Source: an uncultured Gammaproteobacteria bacterium | GTDB taxonomy: Bacteria; Patescibacteriota; Patescibacteriia; CAZBFB01 | Direction of reading: 5' to 3' | Length of the DNA: 26,066 nucleotides | Assembly: GCA_964491085.1 (NCBI GenBank) | Contig: CAZBFB010000057.1 | Coordinates: forward strand, 1-26,066 | In this document: positions 20,562 through 26,066 of the stretch, in pieces | Layout of the letters: each line of letters starts with the position of its first letter | How positions within the stretch are numbered: position 1 is the first letter of the stretch | The notes under the pieces: model-generated | Told to the model about the DNA's origin: nothing | Databases searched by the model: none | The model's input: only the letters and a program-made list of their open reading frames with translations | Position numbers and translations under genes: made by a program

Positions 20562-22490
20562 CTACTTTAATGACTTAATACTCACAATACGCCAACCAGA
20601 ATGAAGCGCAGACCCTTCAGGAATATTAACATAAATTCCTTCCTCGTCTCTAATTATTCCAACTCCACTATGTACTGACTGTTGCATTTCTATTTGCTTT
20701 GCTGTTAAAAAACCAGGACTGGCAATTTCAAAAACATACTTATGAGGACTTGGTTCTTCATTGTCCACTTTTACAACATTTCTATCGCGGTGATCCACTA
20801 TCTTATCACTATAAAAAATTCTTTCCATTACTGGTTGCACTACTGCATCCGCTTTTTTTGATTTAACTTCAAATAATTTTAGTCGCAACGATGAACCATT
20901 TTCGGTGACATAATAAATTGATTGAGAGAAAAGATCATCTAGAAACATAGAGATATTTCCCTGTCCCTCTAAATACTCTTGTTTAAAAAATGGAACTTCA
21001 TAATCTTTTGACGTACTGAATCTATATTTAAAAACACTCGCATCATCCAGATGCTTCATCAGCTTTGCAACTATATTATATTGTGAAAAGCATTCCAATA
21101 ATTCTTGCTGCCTACTCACCACATAAGCATCCACCTGCCCTCTTGAGACAACTATGTTACTATTTATCTTTTGAGCAAGCTCAAAAAGTGCTTCCTTAAG
21201 AATTTCTATTTTTTGCTCCTCCGAAAATTGTTGGCGTTCAAAACTTTTTTCTTCCTCCGCAATTTGAGCGAGCTCTTGCGTAAGTTGTCTAAACGAATTT
21301 GTTTCCTCTGCAAAAAAAGTTTTATATTCACCTTCTCCTTGGTTAAATCGCTCTTTAATAGCACCCTCTTTTTGTGTAATCCGTACTCGTTCGTCCTCTT
21401 CTGCATGTTGTCGCTCTTTTTCCCTCTTAACTCGTTCGGCAATTCTTTCAGTCTCTTCTTTTATTCTCAACTCAAAATAATCTTTGAGAGAAATCTGTTG
21501 CCCCCTATCCTCAATTTGGTATTTTTTATTTTCAGGGTGAGCAATACTATCCGTCAAAATTTCGACATATTTCTTTTTTAATTCTTTGTAGTTTTGAATA
21601 ATTTGACTCAATCCTTCCTGCGTCAAATCTTTCGAGAGTATGCTAAGAGCAATAGCCGTATGCTCGACATACTTGCTCAAATATTTTTCTCTACTTTCTT
21701 GATGTTGTAAGTATTGAAAAACAGCCAAAAATAAATGATGACTATCATTCCTTAAAAGCTCACCAAATAATTTTTTATCTTCCTCTGAAATTTCATCCCT
21801 AAATTGTAAATCCCGATTCTTACCAGAGAAATTTCCAATCCTATCAGTATTCACTTTCTCATCTTCAATTCCAATTTCCTTTCCTATCAAATCATCAATT
21901 TCTGTCTCCACCAATCCAGGATTAATATCCAGCTCATCTCGTCCTTCCTCTGCTAGTAATCCCCGCAATTCGTCTTTTGTTTCATCATTAAGATTATTGG
22001 TAATAAGAAAATATAAAAGACGGCTTGTTCTGCCATTTGCATCCGAATATGCATGAATAGCGTTAAAAGAAGACGAAACAAGTAATGCAATATCTTTCAA
22101 ATCTCTTCCACTGCGATTCATTTCCTTTACCGAAGCTAGAACCTTATCAAACAACCCTGGTTTATCTTCTGGTCTTGGTGACACATAATCAATCCCTTGC
22201 AATACCCCTTCAAGTACCATGGTTTTTTCGTGCATACCCCATTTATCTTTCTTTTTGTCACATAAAATGCCATTTACTCCATCCAATAACTCAATAAATT
22301 CATCAGGTTGCAACCCCTCGATAAAAGCACGCTTTGTATCTTCGCTGGAAAATATATCCTCCATTTTTTTCCCATGAAATGATGTTATATTTTCTGCTGA
22401 TTGTAAAAAACGCAAAAGTACCGTCGATCTTTTTTCTCGATCAATGGATTTTTCGTCTCTTGTATTTCCAAAATTAATACGTTCCCTCAT
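20562..22490 (-). CDS. Fic/DOC (Fido) domain protein with long coiled-coil and C-terminal extension; AT-rich
   Basis: Fic motif HAYSDANGRTSR (nt 22020-22055) fits HxFx(D/E)(G/A)N(G/K)RxxR with F replaced by Y. A central Glu/Lys/Arg-rich segment is present. About one-third G+C by eye. Confidence 0.7.
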   Translation of the reverse strand: MRERINFGNTRDEKSIDREKRSTVLLRFLQSAENITSFHGKKMEDIFSSEDTKRAFIEGLQPDEFIELLDGVNGILCDKKKDKWGMHEKTMVLEGVLQGIDYVSPRPEDKPGLFDKVLASVKEMNRSGRDLKDIALLVSSSFNAIHAYSDANGRTSRLLYFLITNNLNDETKDELRGLLAEEGRDELDINPGLVETEIDDLIGKEIGIEDEKVNTDRIGNFSGKNRDLQFRDEISEEDKKLFGELLRNDSHHLFLAVFQYLQHQESREKYLSKYVEHTAIALSILSKDLTQEGLSQIIQNYKELKKKYVEILTDSIAHPENKKYQIEDRGQQISLKDYFELRIKEETERIAERVKREKERQHAEEDERVRITQKEGAIKERFNQGEGEYKTFFAEETNSFRQLTQELAQIAEEEKSFERQQFSEEQKIEILKEALFELAQKINSNIVVSRGQVDAYVVSRQQELLECFSQYNIVAKLMKHLDDASVFKYRFSTSKDYEVPFFKQEYLEGQGNISMFLDDLFSQSIYYVTENGSSLRLKLFEVKSKKADAVVQPVMERIFYSDKIVDHRDRNVVKVDNEEPSPHKYVFEIASPGFLTAKQIEMQQSVHSGVGIIRDEEGIYVNIPEGSALHSGWRIVSIKSLK

Positions 22491-22502
22491 TTTTATTAGA
22501 AA

Positions 22503-22937
22503 TTACTTTTGTGTTTTGATAAACTTCCACTCCACCACGTCGTTCGGTTGAATCTGGTAGCGGTCGGCGGCTAGTTGGATTTGATCGTGATTGACCCAAT
22601 ATTGCCAGTAACGATCGCCGTCGCCGTTCTGGCGCGTGCCGATTTGACGGATGAATACGCCCCAACTGCCGGGTGGATCAAATACAAATGGCATTGTCTG
22701 GCGATCGGTAAAATCTTTGGTCAGAGAAAATACCGTTGCTCCCTCACTATAGCGAATGTTGCGCTCAATCTCAAGCACATCGTCCCCAAAATCGATCATC
22801 AAATGAGCCACCTGGCCAGTGGCCGGCACCGCCGGATTGATCGGCGCAGTGATCGGCGACAAATGCGCCATCCAACCCAACAAAAAACCCAGCGCGAGAA
22901 CCAGAAATAATTTTGCGCCGGGAGTTTTGATATTCAC
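22503..22937 (-). CDS. membrane-anchored DUF4430 (transcobalamin-like beta domain) protein
   Basis: GTG start and an N-terminal TM anchor. DUF4430-like C-terminus YWQYWVNHDQIQLAADRYQIQPNDVVEWKF. Confidence 0.75.
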   Translation of the reverse strand: MNIKTPGAKLFLVLALGFLLGWMAHLSPITAPINPAVPATGQVAHLMIDFGDDVLEIERNIRYSEGATVFSLTKDFTDRQTMPFVFDPPGSWGVFIRQIGTRQNGDGDRYWQYWVNHDQIQLAADRYQIQPNDVVEWKFIKTQK

Positions 22938-22953
22938 AAAGATTTACCACTCA

Positions 22954-23033
22954 TGTCATTGCGAGCGACCGGAGGGAGCGTGGCAATCTACAGCCAAGAG
23001 ATTGCCACGTCGCTATCGCTCCTCGCAATGACA
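22954..23033. repeat. 80-bp hairpin element with TGTCATTGCGAG / CTCGCAATGACA termini
   Basis: 12-bp perfect outer arms and 11-bp perfect inner arms (CGTGGCAATCT/AGATTGCCACG). It lies inside the operon, between the two DUF4430-containing genes. Confidence 0.85.
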
Positions 23034-23051
23034 AAATTTTAGGGTCTCAAT

Positions 23052-24974
23052 TTATTTTGACTTAATCCGAACCGTCACCTGACCACCACGAGCCGGCTTG
23101 GCCGCTGATTTGTGCGCCGGCTTAGTGATACGAATATGAACCTTGCCGCCGGTCGCTATCGTTCTGGCGGTCGGCGCAACATTCATGACCGGAAGCGGCG
23201 GCGGGCCCACTTGCGTTGACGACGGAACTGTCGGTCTAGTTTGGACTGGTGTCGGTGTCACGGTGTATGCCGCCCAACATTGATCAATCGCTTGTCGCTG
23301 GGCTAAGGTGTGTCTCGCCGCCCGCACTTTACATGGCACCCATGACAACGGATCATAACCACTCCTCACCTCGGCCGCATCACTATAACCATCCCCATCT
23401 GTGTCGCTAACATTGGGATTAGTGCCGATTAAACGCTCGACCACATCCGTCAAACCATCATTATCCGTATCAGCCGCTGGTGTTGGCGAACCATTATTTG
23501 ACGGCGGCGGATTGATCGGCGGGTTCACTAGCGGCGCGCCAGCCACCACAATGGTGGCGCTGGTTGGTCGCACAAAACCATCACCCCCGGCGGTTACTGT
23601 CCAGGTGCCACTCGCCAAATTGTTTATTGTTTCATTAGCTTGATCAACCATAACGCTACGATCCGCCACCCGCAAGATAACTTGATTGACTGGAACCGTT
23701 TCCCAGCCGTGGGTAATATCTGAATAAAATTGTACCGAGACCGACAGCGCTTGACCGGGATCGAGCGTGGCATCATCAACTAACACCCGCAGGGGTTTAA
23801 CATCAAAACGACCAAAATACCACAACACATCATTACCGGCGCTCAAACTATAATCACTCGCCCCTACTGACGGCTGTTGCCAATTCACCCGATACATCCA
23901 GCCGGTATCACCGCTCGCGGTTTGCCCATTGATACCACGCACATATTGACCGAGACCAACATTGGCAATATCCAAACTCAAAACGCAGTTACCGGAAATT
24001 TGTTGCAAAAGATCAAGCGGGTTAGCGGCCAAAGCTGTCCCCTGACAAAATTGCGCGTCGCGGCCTTCAATACGATAATCAACCGATACGCGTGTGCCGA
24101 TCGGCGGGTTGGTATTATTACTATTGTTGTTCGGATTATTGTTTACAATACCCCGCACCGGAAATGACGCGTTAGCCAAAGCAATCGCGGCATAGGCGGT
24201 CATAAACGGTGTGCCGTTCAAGTCCTGCGGCCGCCAGCGATATGAACCATCACTCAAGCGTTGATTGTCTAACCACATTTGCGCGCGGTTGGCTTCCGCG
24301 CTGTAGCCGGCTTTAGTGAACGCGGTCGCTACCCAAGCAGTCGAAGCAGTATCTGGATCATTCGTGCTCGCGTAGCCAACGCCACCGTCGTTGCGTTGCG
24401 CTTGTTTCAAATAATTAAAACCGCGCACCAAACGAGCGTCACCGGTGGAGACGCCGGCTTCTTGTAGGGCTGACAAAACAACAGCCGTATCATTCGTATC
24501 CGAGCTAGCCGTCCGAGCAAAACCCCAACCCCCGTCGGTATTTTGGTAATTCAATAGCCAGTCGCGCGGCGCGGTAACGCGGCGATCAGTGGTCGGAACA
24601 CCCGCCGCCCGAAATGCCAGAATTCCCCAAGCATCGTCATTCAACAAACCAACTGCGCCCATTTGAGTGCCATCAAAAAAATCACCCAGTCGCGTCAGCC
24701 AGTTACTGCCGGCGAATGTGGTCGGATCTTGTCCGGCCGCCACGATTGCCAAAATGCGGCGCTCGTAATCCGTGGCATCACTGCCGGGACTAGAACGCAA
24801 GTGATCGGTTGAAACATTCGTATCGCCACTCGCCACGCGCGCCATGGTGATCCAATCGGTCTGCGTCGCATTACGCAAATAATCGCGAGTTTGTGAAGAG
24901 ACAGCCGCTTGTGCCGGAACCGTAACTAGTAATCCGTAAACCGTAACTAGTACCAGGGTGAAAAATTTCTTCAT
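23052..24974 (-). CDS. secreted alpha/alpha-toroid (prenyltransferase/squalene-cyclase repeat) + DUF4430 + TSP3-like Ca-binding repeat protein
   Basis: Signal peptide MKKFFTLVLVTVYGLLVTVPAQA. Repeats TDGGWGF, NDGGVGY and SDGSYRW. Asn-rich linker. DUF4430-like GWMYRVNWQQPSVGASDYSLSAGNDVLWYF. DTDNDGLTD..DTDGDGYSD repeats. Confidence 0.85.
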   Translation of the reverse strand: MKKFFTLVLVTVYGLLVTVPAQAAVSSQTRDYLRNATQTDWITMARVASGDTNVSTDHLRSSPGSDATDYERRILAIVAAGQDPTTFAGSNWLTRLGDFFDGTQMGAVGLLNDDAWGILAFRAAGVPTTDRRVTAPRDWLLNYQNTDGGWGFARTASSDTNDTAVVLSALQEAGVSTGDARLVRGFNYLKQAQRNDGGVGYASTNDPDTASTAWVATAFTKAGYSAEANRAQMWLDNQRLSDGSYRWRPQDLNGTPFMTAYAAIALANASFPVRGIVNNNPNNNSNNTNPPIGTRVSVDYRIEGRDAQFCQGTALAANPLDLLQQISGNCVLSLDIANVGLGQYVRGINGQTASGDTGWMYRVNWQQPSVGASDYSLSAGNDVLWYFGRFDVKPLRVLVDDATLDPGQALSVSVQFYSDITHGWETVPVNQVILRVADRSVMVDQANETINNLASGTWTVTAGGDGFVRPTSATIVVAGAPLVNPPINPPPSNNGSPTPAADTDNDGLTDVVERLIGTNPNVSDTDGDGYSDAAEVRSGYDPLSWVPCKVRAARHTLAQRQAIDQCWAAYTVTPTPVQTRPTVPSSTQVGPPPLPVMNVAPTARTIATGGKVHIRITKPAHKSAAKPARGGQVTVRIKSK

Positions 24975-24983
24975 AGCTGAATA

Positions 24984-25006
24984 TATTCCCTGAGCTCGTC
25001 GAAGGG
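24984..25006 (-). repeat. R2 repeat copy in the 5' UTR of the 640-aa gene
   Basis: The minus strand reads CCCTTCGACGAGCTCAGGGAATA, ending 10 nt before the ATG. Confidence 0.75.
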
Positions 25007-25055
25007 GTCGCCTTCAACTTCGTTCGGGCAATAACATTATTTATTTAAATAATAA

Positions 25056-25115
25056 GGGAAAAGAGCCGCTCACACGCTCATGAGGCCGACGCCCCATTAA
25101 AGCAACTCTTTTCCC
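25056..25115 (-). terminator. 10-bp inverted repeat with large loop downstream of the lipoprotein gene (terminator candidate)
   Basis: On the minus strand, GGGAAAAGAG..40 nt..CTCTTTTCCC is followed by TTATTATTT. It overlaps the next promoter. Confidence 0.35.
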
Positions 25116-25124
25116 TCGTGTCAA
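25096..25124 (-). promoter_or_regulatory. sigma70-type promoter TTGACA-N17-TTTAAT for the DUF4430 operon
   Basis: The minus strand reads TTGACACGAGGGAAAAGAGTTGCTTTAAT, about 115 nt upstream of the 640-aa gene ATG. Confidence 0.5.
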
Positions 25125-25179
25125 TCCCTCCCGGTGGTCGGGCGGTGGTCGGGCGCGGACAAAATTAATTGGTCCACAT

Positions 25180-25599
25180 TTAACCGCACCGCGACAAAAG
25201 CTCGATCTGATCGAGCGGACGGTTGGCCACCGGATCCCAGCGCACCAGTACGGTGTCAACAGTCACGGGACCGGTAAAACCGGGCGGCACGCGACCAGTG
25301 GTGAACCAGCCGTTCACGGAAAACTCCTCACACACCGTGACTGCACCAGCCGTCATACTACCCGGCCGGAAGTACGCCACCGTGCCTTCGACACCACTGG
25401 TCGAATAGCCCGGCGCAAAACCCACCTGATCGCCGTACAGACGCGAGAACGCTTCCCGCAAGGGAATCACATCGACATCGTTCGCACCACCATCCTCATC
25501 CGGCGTCGAGGGAACACTTTCCGTACCACACGAAGCCAGAAAACGCGGTGCCACGACGATCATGCTTGCGGCACACAAAAACTCTCGTCGACTCGTCAT
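25180..25599 (-). CDS. hypothetical Tat-signal lipoprotein (orphan, GC-rich)
   Basis: The start is placed at ATG 25597-25599, 7 nt after GGAGAGGA. Twin-arginine motif SRREFL and lipobox LASC. No catalytic motif recognised. Confidence 0.65.
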   Translation of the reverse strand: MTSRREFLCAASMIVVAPRFLASCGTESVPSTPDEDGGANDVDVIPLREAFSRLYGDQVGFAPGYSTSGVEGTVAYFRPGSMTAGAVTVCEEFSVNGWFTTGRVPPGFTGPVTVDTVLVRWDPVANRPLDQIELLSRCG

Positions 25600-25781
25600 G
25601 ATTTGTTCCTCTCCGACCCCAGACACAAACCCGAGATCCGTTATGTGGTTATCATTTGATCATTGCTCGGCGCATCGCTTCCGCATAGCTCCGGCTTATC
25701 GAGTAATACCGTTGCTGGTTATCACTCGGTTTTGTCGGGGTTCTCTTTTTGTCTGCCAAAATCGATTACAATTTTGGGACA

Positions 25782-25819
25782 AAAAGGAAAAACAAAACGC
25801 CGCCTCGCAAAGAGACGGC
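25782..25819 (-). terminator. intrinsic terminator for an unidentified minus-strand transcript entering from the right
   Basis: On the minus strand, GCCGTCTC-TTTGC-GAGGCGGC is followed by GTTTTGTTTTTCCTTTTT. Confidence 0.55.
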
Positions 25820-25942
25820 CACATCAGAACCCGCCTACCGATCCATGCTGTTAGCCGACAAGTGTGGGACTAAAACACGGACAGGTAGGTAGGTCCTGAT
25901 ATTCCGCCTTTCTCTGGTCGCGAAGAAAGTTGGAGGAATCAC

Positions 25943-26059
25943 ATGACTATTTCTGGCCCGGGCTCTCCGCCGATGAGCGGAATTACCGTTGCGCGTCAGC
26001 ATCCAGAATTGCACTGGAATTTCCTGAAGCAATCATGTCTTTTACAAAGAACTCGTTGA
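25943..26059 (+). CDS. candidate 38-aa ORF with strong SD (very uncertain)
   Basis: GGAGGAATCAC-ATG, translating to MTISGPGSPPMSGITVARQHPELHWNFLKQSCLLQRTR. The SD is partly sequestered by the helix 25901-25939. No homology recognised. Confidence 0.2.
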   Translation: MTISGPGSPPMSGITVARQHPELHWNFLKQSCLLQRTR

Positions 26060-26066
26060 GCTTACA

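Noticed and set aside
22206-22223. Fic inhibitory-helix motif (S/T)xxxE(G/N): TMVLEG about 50 residues before the Fic histidine
   Set aside because: The pattern is degenerate enough to occur by chance in a 642-aa protein, and the spacing to the active-site loop is shorter than I recall for class II Fic proteins. It needs a structural model.
1-26066. Alternative genetic code (UGA recoding as in some CPR lineages)
   Set aside because: All conserved genes are intact under the standard code. TGA terminates two well-delimited genes (14829 and 15383), one of them in an ATGA coupling overlap.

Overview
Gene-dense bacterial chromosome fragment using the standard genetic code (TAA, TAG and TGA all end intact conserved genes), with a backbone of roughly 50% G+C by eye. 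The core content is housekeeping and DNA repair: ruvA, uvrB, truB, rpsT, an M24B Xaa-Pro aminopeptidase, holA, polA and ruvB. There are also two tRNAs (Arg-CCG, Cys-GCA), envelope genes (FemAB-like, VanW-like), an Hsp20 and a bPH2/YdbT-like membrane pair. The gene repertoire and repeat style suggest a small-genome uncultivated lineage (Patescibacteria/CPR-like), but this is inference only. I see no CRISPR array, transposase, integrase, reverse transcriptase or recognisable defence or secretion system, so I cannot name a complete novel system. Six things stand out. (1) There are sharply bounded single-gene compositional islands. One is an extremely GC-rich orphan gene (13320-14321) with its own strong promoter, a roughly 300-nt structured leader and a strong terminator. 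Two are milder GC-rich orphan cassettes (9559-10173, 25180-25599). One is a very AT-rich Fic-domain gene (20562-22490) set into an operon with 7- and 12-nt junctions. (2) That operon encodes a transcobalamin-like architecture (alpha/alpha-toroid plus DUF4430), a second DUF4430 protein and a 6-TM S-component-like protein. (3) At least five families of short palindromic repeats are present, and several copies sit in frame inside conserved genes (pepP three times, the VanW-like C-terminus, and a tandem insert in uvrB). (4) An extended -10 box lies exactly 6-7 nt upstream of the ATG of five genes, implying leaderless mRNAs. (5) A PurF-like protein has lost its glutaminase catalytic residues. (6) An orphan promoter with a short terminated transcript lies between ruvB and the VanW-like gene. 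All functional calls come from motif recognition by eye; no searches or folding programs were run.
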